64,000 nucleotides of DNA from a virus (taxonomy: Duplodnaviria > Caudoviricetes), in the IMG/VR virus record IMGVR_UViG_3300023218_000040, positions 128,001-192,000 of that record, one strand, 5' to 3'. The notes below the pieces were generated by a model. That model was given only the letters and a program-made list of their open reading frames with translations. It did not search any database and was not told the DNA's origin. The translations under genes were made by a program, and so were the position numbers. Below, piece by piece: positions 54,881 to 63,224 of the stretch; the first letter of the stretch is position 1; each line of letters begins with the position of its first letter.

Positions 54881-56007
54881 ACCACAACCAGTCCGTGCGA
54901 GGGCAGTAGCTCTCGCAGGACGTAATGACGATAGTAGCTGGCTGCTTTCATGAATCGGTAGACCGGTAAGTTTAGAATATCGGAACTGGTCTTCATATTC
55001 TTGAAGTTGTTCCACTGCTTATGCCAGTGAACTGAATTATACTCTGGCATTCCATCCTGAAACCCAAATTCGAACCTACGTGCTGCTTTCTTCCAGGCTT
55101 CGGCTCTGGTTTTTTTGTTACCCACGGTAGCCAAGATCCTCTCGATGCGCTGCTTGTGTCCCAAGAACCGCATCTTGCTCTTGCGATCATAAACCTCGGG
55201 ATGAACATCTACATATTCAACTAGCTTGTCATAAACTGTCTCACACGCTTGCATGTATGTCTGTGGATTATTTCTCCAAATGCGTTCTGCATTCTTTGGA
55301 TATTCTGGAATATAGCTCCACTCCAAGAATGGGATATCGGGATACGTAGATACTCCACCGTGGCCTAGTGCTCCACTATAGATTTCACTGACACCACTAA
55401 TCACGGAACGAATATTAGACAGCAGACCACCTTGGTAGCCGTATTCGTTGAACCATTCTGAAATAGTACGACCCAAAGCCATACGTACTACTTCTTCTGA
55501 TTGTCTTAGCTTGAAGGAATCTCCACGAACACGATTTCGACGGGAAGACACTCCAGAGAATCTATAATGAGCGAAGGTATCCTGGAATGTATGAAGACTG
55601 ATGCCCATCAATTCTGCATGGTAGTCAGCTTGGCAGTTGATACTGTTTTGTATCATCTCTTGTGCGATAAGAGAATTCTTTCTACAGAGGAGACGTTCGG
55701 TCCACGCTTCGCCCTGATTACCTGGAATGAAATGAAATGGAACCCAGATGAAACGTTGGTCATCCTCATCTCTATTTCTTAGATTGCCAGGGTGATGAGC
55801 GGTCGGGATAGCGACTATTTTTCCGCCATCCTCGTGATCACCGATTTCACGAGCGGTATTATCATCAACGTACTGGGTCGAGTACGCTATGATGTGTGAA
55901 GTTTCAGCATTGATCCCAGCGATACGTGATAAACAATACGTACCGTAATAATGCATGTCTACCTGCATGGGCCTTTTTCTTGTTATTTGCCGTGGCTCTA
56001 TGGCCAC
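54877..56007 (-). CDS. DUF6765-like hypothetical protein (possible Zn phospholipase-C-like fold)
   Basis: DMHYYGTY..SR.AG......IAY..QYVD, TAHH, PFHF.PG, LH..QDTFAH, GH. Confidence 0.55.
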   Translation of the reverse strand: MAIEPRQITRKRPMQVDMHYYGTYCLSRIAGINAETSHIIAYSTQYVDDNTAREIGDHEDGGKIVAIPTAHHPGNLRNRDEDDQRFIWVPFHFIPGNQGEAWTERLLCRKNSLIAQEMIQNSINCQADYHAELMGISLHTFQDTFAHYRFSGVSSRRNRVRGDSFKLRQSEEVVRMALGRTISEWFNEYGYQGGLLSNIRSVISGVSEIYSGALGHGGVSTYPDIPFLEWSYIPEYPKNAERIWRNNPQTYMQACETVYDKLVEYVDVHPEVYDRKSKMRFLGHKQRIERILATVGNKKTRAEAWKKAARRFEFGFQDGMPEYNSVHWHKQWNNFKNMKTSSDILNLPVYRFMKAASYYRHYVLRELLPSHGLVVV

Positions 56008-56015
56008 ACAGGTAT

Positions 56016-56756
56016 TTAGTCTAAGAAGTTGCTGGAGAACTCCACTGCGTTTTCACTCTGGGCCTTGGTGTATTTGGTAAGTCCGGTCCAGTCGCCATCA
56101 AAGATCTCATCAGCCAATCCCCAATCCACTGTTTCCTTGGCAGTCAGAAATACATCGTCTTTTCGGCGCATCTGTTCCATGAGCATGTCAGCAATCCATT
56201 CTGATTTTTTCTTGGAGAACTTTCCACCTTGCTTCATGCGACGGACATAGATTTCCAACATCAGGCGGTTAGTATCTTTGTAGAACTCCATCCCGGACAT
56301 GACAGTACGCATGTTTCCTTCATCCCCATAGGTTCCCTCATGAAACATGAAGTGCGAATTGGGCATCATGACTCTCTTAGTCACAGCCTGGAAAATGATG
56401 GAAGACATCGACCGGGCGTGAGAATAGTTCAGGATCGTGGTATCATGAGGATAGGAGATGAGCATATCGAACATGGCCATGCCTTCGATCCAATCTCCAC
56501 CGTTGGTCTTCATGTGGATCACGACTGGACTTTGAGAGGTCTTCATACACAGATGCATATTCAAAACAAAGCGATTGGCCATCGTGAAATTGACACCGGG
56601 TTCAGCATCTCCATAAGCATCAGTTCCGGCCAGATTGTGATCACCGAACAGATAGATGTGGTTGTTTTGAATATCCAGATGATATTCTTGCATGCGATAA
56701 ACCGGATCTTCCGCCTTATTCAATTTCACCTTATCGGTATTGTCAAATTTAGCCAT
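56016..56756 (-). CDS. clpP: ClpP-like protease proteolytic subunit
   Basis: IH..T.GG....G.A.FD, ARSMSS (Ser), KR.MMPNS.FM.H (His), D.FL.A.E...WGL.D.I. Confidence 0.8.
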   Translation of the reverse strand: MAKFDNTDKVKLNKAEDPVYRMQEYHLDIQNNHIYLFGDHNLAGTDAYGDAEPGVNFTMANRFVLNMHLCMKTSQSPVVIHMKTNGGDWIEGMAMFDMLISYPHDTTILNYSHARSMSSIIFQAVTKRVMMPNSHFMFHEGTYGDEGNMRTVMSGMEFYKDTNRLMLEIYVRRMKQGGKFSKKKSEWIADMLMEQMRRKDDVFLTAKETVDWGLADEIFDGDWTGLTKYTKAQSENAVEFSSNFLD

Positions 56757-56835
56757 CGAAATGCCTCCTATGTGGTGTCTGAAATATATGGCTACCCGAT
56801 CCGGCTGTCAAACATCAAATTCCTCAAGAAAAAGC

Positions 56836-56864
56836 TTGACATTGGATCGTGAATTTGATAAGAT
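56836..56864 (+). promoter_or_regulatory. Sigma70-type promoter
   Basis: TTGACA-17 nt-TAAGAT. Confidence 0.6.
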
Positions 56865-56870
56865 ACTTGT

Positions 56871-57068
56871 GTTGTGGGAGGCGACTCCCTTGCGGATGCC
56901 CACACCAAAGGTTGGTAGAAGCCTGTTCCTTTCGCCTGGAACTAATAGCACGCTCATCCTTAATTGGATGTGAAGACCGGGATCTGGTGGGTATTAACCT
57001 CACCAGTCATGGGTAGGCTCCACCGGGTTGTGGCTGACCGTCGCATCGAGTGTTGACCAACCGGTTTC
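56871..57068 (+). ncRNA. Candidate ~190-nt hairpin-rich small RNA
   Basis: Consecutive hairpins GGGAG/CTCCC, AGG.T/AGCCT, GTTCC/GGAAC, CATCC/GGATG, CTGGTG/CACCAG, ACCGG.TTG/CAACCGGT; no ORF; boundaries approximate. Confidence 0.4.
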
Positions 57069-57070
57069 TC

Positions 57071-57099
57071 TTGACTTTCGAGTCGAGTCGATATAAATA
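57071..57099 (+). promoter_or_regulatory. Composite sigma70/late promoter for the tRNA cluster
   Basis: TTGACT-17 nt-TAAATA within TATAAATA. Confidence 0.7.
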
Positions 57100-57112
57100 T
57101 ACTGTACGCAAC

Positions 57113-57191
57113 GCTCCGTTGGACTAGTCTGGTTTAGGTCGTCACCCTCTCAAGGTGAAGGTCGTGGGTTCGAATCCCACACGGAGTGCCA
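57113..57191 (+). tRNA. tRNA-Glu(CTC)
   Basis: TCACC-CTCTCAA-GGTGA, GGTTCGAATCC, encoded CCA. Confidence 0.93.
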
Positions 57192-57193
57192 AT

Positions 57194-57270
57194 GCACCGT
57201 TCGTCTAGTGGCCTAGGATGCCTGCCTTTCAAGCAGGAAGACGCCGGTTCGAATCCGGCACGGTGTACCA
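57194..57270 (+). tRNA. tRNA-Glu(TTC)
   Basis: CCTGC-CTTTCAA-GCAGG, GGTTCGAATCC, encoded CCA. Confidence 0.93.
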
Positions 57271-57278
57271 AATTCTCT

Positions 57279-57358
57279 GCCCCTGTATCCCCTCGGGTTT
57301 CTACCCCGATGAAAGGGTAATTGGACACATGCGGGTTCGAATCCTGTCTGGGGCTCCA
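57279..57358 (+). tRNA. Atypical D-armless tRNA-like RNA with UCU (Arg) anticodon
   Basis: GCCCCTG/CTGGGGC + T-CCA; TCGGG-TTTCTAC-CCCGA; 7 nt (TATCCCC) in place of the D arm; 21-nt variable region with GGG and AATTGGA; GCGGG-TTCGAAT-CCTGT. Confidence 0.75.
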
Positions 57359-57465
57359 CGCCATTGATCCCACCAAAAGGATGGAAACATCCGAAATTGA
57401 CACTGGACAAACGACCGTTCTGTGTGATACTATATACTCCCTGATATTTTTGGAGAGCTAGAGTC

Positions 57466-58677
57466 ATGGCCACATTTTCAGTTCCAGTCGTCCGTATCGA
57501 CGCCATCGAGGACCATCCCAATGCCGACGCCTTGGAGATCGCCAAGGTGCGTGACTTCGATTGCATCACCCGCATCGGTGAGTACAAGGCTGGTGATATC
57601 GCTGTGTACATCCCCGAGGCTGCGGTCATGCCCGAGTGGCTGCTGAAGCGCATGGGTCTGTGGGATGAGGAGAAAGGCAAAGGCAAGCTGGCAGGCAAAG
57701 AAGGCAATCGTGTCAAGGCTGTCAAGCTGCGTGGCGTCGTGAGTCAGGGTCTGTTGTACCCGGTGTCTTGGGATGACCCAGATCTGTCTCAGGGAGAGAC
57801 TGTCGGTCTGCCTCGTGTCGATCTGAGCGACGGCGAAAGCTACCTGCTGTATGACTGGAACGACGTGGACATCGAGACCATCAAGTCTCGTTGCATCGAC
57901 GTGGACGTGGGAGACGTGCTTGGCATCACCAAGTGGGAGCCTCCCATTCCGACGCACATGGCTGGTGAGGTCTGCAACATCTTCGGCCACACTCTGAAGT
58001 TCGACATCGAGAACATCCAGAAGCACAACGAGGTTCTGGTTTCGGGCGAGGAGGTCGTGATCACCGAGAAGCTTCACGGCACCTGGACGTGCTTTGGCTT
58101 CGATCCGGACCTGGATCACGAGGAACTTCTTCACGGTGGCACCATCATCAACTCTAAGGGTCTGAGCGAGCAGGGTTTGGCATTCAAGTGGAACGACGCC
58201 AATGACAAGAACCTGTACGTTCGGATGTTCAAGCAGTACATGCTGGATACTGGTAGATGGAACAAGGTGATGGACATGGCCGTTCGTCGTGGCGAGCCCG
58301 TGTTCATCCTGGGTGAGACCTTCGGTCCTGGTGTACAAGATCTGCACTACGGTCTGAAGGAGAAGAGTTTTCTGGTGTTCGGCATCTACGTCGGCAAGCC
58401 GGGTCAGGGTCAATACCTCGATCACGTGGAGTTCAAGCAGACGTGCTCCTGGCTAGAGGTTTCCACGGTACCGGTCCTGTACCATGGTCCGTTCAGCATG
58501 GATACTGCCAAGAGCTTTCGTGACGGAAAGGATACCATCACCGGAGCCAACATTCGGGAGGGTATCGTGATTACTCCGGTTAAAGAACGAAACGATTTCG
58601 TGCTGGGTCGGGTGACTCTCAAGATGATCAGCCCGGACTACCTGCTGCGGAAGGGCAATGCCACGGAATTCAACTGA
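57466..58677 (+). CDS. RNA ligase, DRB0094 family (N-terminal OB-fold plus nucleotidyltransferase)
   Basis: I..I..HPNAD.LE.A, AVYIPE, R.KA.KLRG..SQG, K.EP, EKLHGT, GE..G..VQ, REG.V, K.IS..YL. Confidence 0.88.
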   Translation: MATFSVPVVRIDAIEDHPNADALEIAKVRDFDCITRIGEYKAGDIAVYIPEAAVMPEWLLKRMGLWDEEKGKGKLAGKEGNRVKAVKLRGVVSQGLLYPVSWDDPDLSQGETVGLPRVDLSDGESYLLYDWNDVDIETIKSRCIDVDVGDVLGITKWEPPIPTHMAGEVCNIFGHTLKFDIENIQKHNEVLVSGEEVVITEKLHGTWTCFGFDPDLDHEELLHGGTIINSKGLSEQGLAFKWNDANDKNLYVRMFKQYMLDTGRWNKVMDMAVRRGEPVFILGETFGPGVQDLHYGLKEKSFLVFGIYVGKPGQGQYLDHVEFKQTCSWLEVSTVPVLYHGPFSMDTAKSFRDGKDTITGANIREGIVITPVKERNDFVLGRVTLKMISPDYLLRKGNATEFN

Positions 58678-58833
58678 AATGTGATGTGGTCACGTACATG
58701 ATGGGGGTGTTCTGCGAACACCCCATCAGTTGAGGCAATGCTGGAGACACCGCATGATCGACCTACACACCGCTGCTATCGTTAACCTCAAGATGGTCGC
58801 TACCTGGGAGCCTCGTCCTCTCCCGGATGCGAA

Positions 58834-59016
58834 GTGAGCATCCTTATCCCGACCTTAGTGAGCCTGGGGTTCGGGATTTTCGGAATGATGCAACATCATC
58901 GAGGGGATTTCTACTGGTTTCAGTGTGGGTGGATGTGGGTAGGGATCATTTCCATCATCGGAGCCGTCACGGGACTCGGTGTGTTTTGTGTCACAAAACT
59001 GATCGGAATCTCTTGA
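58834..59016 (+). CDS. Small membrane protein
   Basis: Two hydrophobic segments. Confidence 0.45.
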   Translation: MSILIPTLVSLGFGIFGMMQHHRGDFYWFQCGWMWVGIISIIGAVTGLGVFCVTKLIGIS

Positions 59017-59382
59017 CGAGATTAGGGTACCTCTGTATACTACTTCCATCAGTTGAGGCAATCCCAGGAAATTCACATGACCGCATTCACGAAGTGGTTC
59101 GCAGAGAGGGTAAATCGGATAGCGTAATGCGAAACAGCACAAAACGGTTCATGGTCACTTTCACGGTCGAAGGTGTCCCCGGTGATCCCATCACCCAAAC
59201 CTTCATGGACTGGATAGGGACCACCCGCAAGGATTTGAAATCCCGTCTCACGAGGCAGTACGGTGGGAGAAAGGTGACAATCATCGAATTCAAACAAACC
59301 CCGTGATTTAGGCCACATTCCACGAGAAAGTTCTTGACGAATAAGTTGGAGTAGCGTATACTACTTCCATCAGTTGAGGCAA
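59013..59382 (+). repeat. Repeated early-promoter/leader motif TATACTACTTCCATCAGTTGAGGCAA (59036-59061, 59357-59382; partial at 58723-58738 and 60258-60269)
   Basis: Both full copies sit 17 nt after TTGACG with unrelated spacers. Confidence 0.85.
59127..59306 (+). CDS. Hypothetical protein
   Basis: TAATG-coupled to a 16-codon ORF (59077-59127) downstream of the promoter. Confidence 0.5.
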   Translation: MRNSTKRFMVTFTVEGVPGDPITQTFMDWIGTTRKDLKSRLTRQYGGRKVTIIEFKQTP

Positions 59383-59399
59383 CCACCCCGGAGAGACAC

Positions 59400-59702
59400 A
59401 TGGCCAAGACCACCCCCGAGTTCGACACCGCCTTGGAAACCTTCCTGACCCGCTGCCGGGAGATCGTGGAGGCGAACGACGGCAAGCTGGTGCCCCAGCC
59501 CGGTCGCCGCTACATCCGCATCGTCAAGAGGCAGCACGGTCAGGAGCACGGCAGCGCCTGGGCTTTCATCGACACTACCAACGGCGACGTGCTCAAGCCC
59601 GCCAGCTACAAGGCTCCCGCCAAGCATGCTCGTGGCAACATCTTCAACAACGACAACGGGCTCGGCTGCATGGGCAAGTACGGTGTGGCTTATCTGCGCT
59701 GA
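59400..59702 (+). CDS. Conserved phage hypothetical protein
   Basis: GGAG RBS; GRRYIRIV...SAWAFID...GDVLKPASYKAPAKHARGNI. Confidence 0.75.
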   Translation: MAKTTPEFDTALETFLTRCREIVEANDGKLVPQPGRRYIRIVKRQHGQEHGSAWAFIDTTNGDVLKPASYKAPAKHARGNIFNNDNGLGCMGKYGVAYLR

Positions 59703-59712
59703 GAAAAACATC

Positions 59713-60033
59713 ATGAAGCTCATCACCAAGGAAATCGAGAAGAAGCTGGAGAAGACCCCTATCGGAACGACCGATGGGATGGGCAAGGATGCACCGGTCA
59801 TCGTCAAGTTCTTCGATCTCTACGGCGTCAGCAAGTGGTTGATCGTGGAGGCCGAGAAGCAAGAGGACGGCGACTGGCTCCTCTATGGTGCTGCCGATAT
59901 CGGCCACGGCTACGAGTGGGGTTACACGATGCTTAGCGATCTTAAGAGCATCCGGAAATTCGGCAGGCCAGTTATCGAGCGTGAGTTGTACTGCCCGCCC
60001 AAGACTGTGAATGAGGAGTGGAAGGACGCATGA
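59713..60033 (+). CDS. DUF2958-like protein
   Basis: MKLITKEI...VKFF...W...E...G...G.EWGY..L..L...IER.LY. Confidence 0.7.
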   Translation: MKLITKEIEKKLEKTPIGTTDGMGKDAPVIVKFFDLYGVSKWLIVEAEKQEDGDWLLYGAADIGHGYEWGYTMLSDLKSIRKFGRPVIERELYCPPKTVNEEWKDA

Positions 60034-60212
60034 CCGTCTACAAGTTCAAGGCTCTCCATGTACCGACTGGAACCGTCCACGAAAAAATGGGTGAGTTCCA
60101 GTCGGCCCTGGCTTTCTATCAAGCTCTGGAGGAATACAATAGACTGGCGGCGCTCCAGTCCTGTCGCCGGGAAGATCGAAGACTGTGGGTTTACTATTCT
60201 GACGGAAACTGA
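60030..60212 (+). CDS. Hypothetical protein
   Basis: ATGA overlap, GAAGGA RBS. Confidence 0.55.
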   Translation: MTVYKFKALHVPTGTVHEKMGEFQSALAFYQALEEYNRLAALQSCRREDRRLWVYYSDGN

Positions 60213-60279
60213 TACGTAGATCACAGACTTTCTGTACGAACTAATATATAATATCTTCATCAATTGAGGAGATACCACG

Positions 60280-60561
60280 ATGGGCCGAGTCACCACCCCG
60301 AAGTACCGTGCCGAGTTCCGCACCAACGCCAAGACCTACTTGACCCCAGCGTGTTGGAACTGCCGCACCATGGGTCGCCCCACGGCTGAGAACGCCGAGA
60401 AGTATCGGCAGCGTCTCAACGCAAGCTTCCAGCCGGGTGGCGTCAACGGACCACGCTATCCCGGAGATGTGATCGTCCACGTCAACCGAGTTCTCATCGT
60501 GAATCAGTTCACCAATCAGGTCGTGGCCGAGGCCAACGCCCCCATGTTCGAGGTCGTCTGA
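60280..60561 (+). CDS. Hypothetical early protein
   Basis: GAGGAG RBS after partial leader motif. Confidence 0.7.
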   Translation: MGRVTTPKYRAEFRTNAKTYLTPACWNCRTMGRPTAENAEKYRQRLNASFQPGGVNGPRYPGDVIVHVNRVLIVNQFTNQVVAEANAPMFEVV

Positions 60562-60752
60562 GATGTTCAAGAACAACTATGAGCATCTTCAAAGATCAGT
60601 GGAAAGCACTCTCTGAATCTTCTTAATCTGTGAGTTGATCTTTCTATTCTCATTCAAATCATGATAATACTTACAAACTATGAACCATGCATCATTTTGT
60701 GTTCTTGACTAAAACTATAGGTCTGGTAGGCTAGTTCTAACGTTAATCAGAC

Positions 60753-61052
60753 TTGATGGGGGGCAAGATGACCAATCAACAGGATTATGAGTCCGGTGTC
60801 GCAAGAATCGTAAGTGCTCTGCGCCATCGCAGCACTCTGGATTTGATGGCATACCGTGAGTCGCTTCGGAATCGTAAACTCTCCCATCCTCGGATGTTGC
60901 GGGAGACCGACGAGAAGCTCATCGTGCCCACCACCAAAATCTGGGATCTGAGCTGCCCGAGTTTCTACGAAATCGTCGGCACTCACGAACAGGCAATCAA
61001 TCATCACATCGCCACGAACTACGTGCTTCGTGAGCGTAACGTCAACACCTGA
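60753..61052 (+). CDS. Hypothetical protein
   Basis: Start may be 60768. Confidence 0.55.
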   Translation: MMGGKMTNQQDYESGVARIVSALRHRSTLDLMAYRESLRNRKLSHPRMLRETDEKLIVPTTKIWDLSCPSFYEIVGTHEQAINHHIATNYVLRERNVNT

Positions 61053-61072
61053 GCACAAGGAAGATCATCACC

Positions 61073-61507
61073 ATGAAAGTTGTACAGAAAATGATTCTTC
61101 GAGTTCGTCTGGCCCTCAGCCCCAAGGCTCGCAAGCGATACAATGACCTTCAGGAGCAACTGGAGCGAGATCGTATTCTACTCAAAGCCACGAGAAACTG
61201 GGAGGAGAAGCAGCGAGTCATTGCCGAGGCCGGGGCGACCCATCTCGTGGAAGCGGGTGATGCACGCCTGATGGGTGACCGCATCCTCATGCACCGGGAG
61301 TGTCTTCCCCCAAATCCGAAACATGACTTTCTGGCGGATACGCTGAGCAGCATTCATGTTTCCGACCTGGAAATGACGGAGGAGGAAGCTGTCTGGTTGT
61401 TACGTCATCATTCCGAGGCCAGGAACAACCGCCGGATGAAAACTCTTCAGCCCTCCGATATGGTATCCAAGGATGCCGATCCGTGGATGAAGTTTCACCT
61501 TCGATGA
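61073..61507 (+). CDS. Hypothetical protein
   Basis: AAGGA RBS. Confidence 0.6.
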   Translation: MKVVQKMILRVRLALSPKARKRYNDLQEQLERDRILLKATRNWEEKQRVIAEAGATHLVEAGDARLMGDRILMHRECLPPNPKHDFLADTLSSIHVSDLEMTEEEAVWLLRHHSEARNNRRMKTLQPSDMVSKDADPWMKFHLR

Positions 61508-61770
61508 AATACCAAACGGCAAGCGGACTTCAACTGGAGGATGCCTACATCGTGGGCATCCTCCAGTATTCCTTTCGTGCTGGTGGAGAAGCAGCGAAAA
61601 TCATCAATGTAATGTATGCAACTCCTTTGAACATTAGCGGTCGTGCATGCTTCGTTGTTAGATTTGATGATGGTGCGGAAGAATACATTGCAGTAGAGGA
61701 TTACGCACACTATCGAATTATTTCCGAGGAGGATTACAAGCAGGGTCATCTACCTCCTGTAACTGAGTAA
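61504..61770 (+). CDS. Hypothetical protein
   Basis: ATGA overlap at 61504. Confidence 0.55.
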   Translation: MKYQTASGLQLEDAYIVGILQYSFRAGGEAAKIINVMYATPLNISGRACFVVRFDDGAEEYIAVEDYAHYRIISEEDYKQGHLPPVTE

Positions 61771-61797
61771 ATATTTCAATACCACGAGAGTTTGTAG

Positions 61798-62532
61798 ATG
61801 CCTAAAGAGAAGCCAGATTATGGCACCATTGCTGCCAAGACAGCGATGTCACGCCGAGCAGTGTCTGTTCCTACCAGAGAACTCATCTCTGGTGGTCGTA
61901 TTCCTCCGAATGCTACAGTCCTACATCACGGTCGTGGTCGTGCAGATGATGATGCACAAGCTCTAGCTTCTGCTGCCGCAGCATACGCCGAATACGATCC
62001 AAATTACGCCCCTGACCGTACAGTCTTCGATGATCGCTATGATGTGGTAATCAGCAACTATGTCCTTAACGTCCTTCCACCTGACATTCGCAAGAATGCC
62101 TGGGAAGATATCGCTCGTGCCACGGGTGGTACCGCCTACATCACAGTCCGCAGCACTGGAGACAAGAGCATCCGTGGTAAGAAGTACAAGGATGGCGTGA
62201 TCACTTCTTCTAAAACTTTTCAAAAGTCATACACTGCTGAAGCTCTAATACGTGAAGCCAAACGTTACTTCAATAGTGTTGAAGTGATCATGGGTAGAAA
62301 GGGAGGCATTTACTGGACAATCGCTGCATCAGGGTCTAAGTTAGCTGGTGACGGAGAGCCAAAACGACCGAAGGCAAAGCCTGCACCACGCAAGTCTGCA
62401 TCAAAAACTAAAAAGCATGCAGCACCAAAAGCGAATAGAGTAACACCAAGAAAGGCTGTACAGCCAGAGGTAGATAATGACTTCGAATCAGAAATCACCG
62501 ACATTAAGCGTCGTGCAGGAATCGATATCTGA
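61798..62532 (+). CDS. SAM-methyltransferase-like protein with basic tail
   Basis: VLHHGRGRA.D (degenerate motif I), YDP.Y, YDVV..NYVLNV, AYITVR; TAAATA at 61768. Confidence 0.6.
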   Translation: MPKEKPDYGTIAAKTAMSRRAVSVPTRELISGGRIPPNATVLHHGRGRADDDAQALASAAAAYAEYDPNYAPDRTVFDDRYDVVISNYVLNVLPPDIRKNAWEDIARATGGTAYITVRSTGDKSIRGKKYKDGVITSSKTFQKSYTAEALIREAKRYFNSVEVIMGRKGGIYWTIAASGSKLAGDGEPKRPKAKPAPRKSASKTKKHAAPKANRVTPRKAVQPEVDNDFESEITDIKRRAGIDI

Positions 62533-62932
62533 TGTTTTTCCGCTGGAAAAGAAACTACCACCAGTCACAGTTGCCGTGACCCCAGACAGGGTAGATGCCT
62601 TCGGGTACATTAGCACTGACCAGAATCCTCTCCACTTCGTTGAGTCTTTCGCAGCTAAAACCATGTTTGGCAAACGCATTGCTCATGGGATGCTGTCAGC
62701 TTCTTTCATCTCTGCAATTTTCGGTAACATCGAGGGTGCCGTGTATCTCAAGCAATCTCTGGAGTTCATGAAGCCGGTATACATTGGTGATATTATCACG
62801 GCAACCGCAATCGTTCAGGGATATGGAAAGAAGAAAGCCACCGTGGATTTCTTTACTGTATGCAAGAACAGCGATGGTGATGTTGTCATCAGGGGTGAAG
62901 CCCTCATTTGGTTTCCGTCCTTGACTTCTTAA
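62477..62932 (+). CDS. MaoC/PhaJ-family hot-dog dehydratase
   Basis: F..IS.DQNPLH...A....FG.RIAHGML, YLKQ.L.F.KPVYIGD, G.VVI.GEA. Confidence 0.85.
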   Translation: MTSNQKSPTLSVVQESISDVFPLEKKLPPVTVAVTPDRVDAFGYISTDQNPLHFVESFAAKTMFGKRIAHGMLSASFISAIFGNIEGAVYLKQSLEFMKPVYIGDIITATAIVQGYGKKKATVDFFTVCKNSDGDVVIRGEALIWFPSLTS

Positions 62933-62967
62933 TGTCCAGTTGCTATATATACATAGGAAGACTCTTG

Positions 62968-63042
62968 GGCCGGGTGGCAGAGTCTGGTTATGCGGTGGCC
63001 TGCAAAGCCATGTCAACGTCGGTTCAAATCCGACTCCGGCCT
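62968..63042 (+). tRNA. tRNA-Cys(GCA), CCA not encoded
   Basis: GGCCGGG/TCCGGCC, U73, GTGGC-CTGCAAA-GCCAT, GGTTCAAATCC. Confidence 0.92.
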
Positions 63043-63046
63043 CAAA

Positions 63047-63208
63047 ATGGAATTAGTACTAGTCCTCGCCTTTTTCATATTTGTCGTTGTTCTAACGACT
63101 CTGTCCAATCGTCCTCGAAGAACAGAATCCAATCCCATTTATCACAAGAAGTTCTGGCGTGAAGTTAGGGAGGATGACGATTACTACCCTGGACCTATAC
63201 CAATGTAA
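63047..63208 (+). CDS. Small membrane-anchored protein
   Basis: Hydrophobic N-terminus. Confidence 0.45.
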   Translation: MELVLVLAFFIFVVVLTTLSNRPRRTESNPIYHKKFWREVREDDDYYPGPIPM

Positions 63209-63224
63209 GACCTACATTGGTTGA

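Noticed and set aside
57478-58425. 315-aa minus-strand ORF
   Set aside because: Antisense shadow of the RNA ligase
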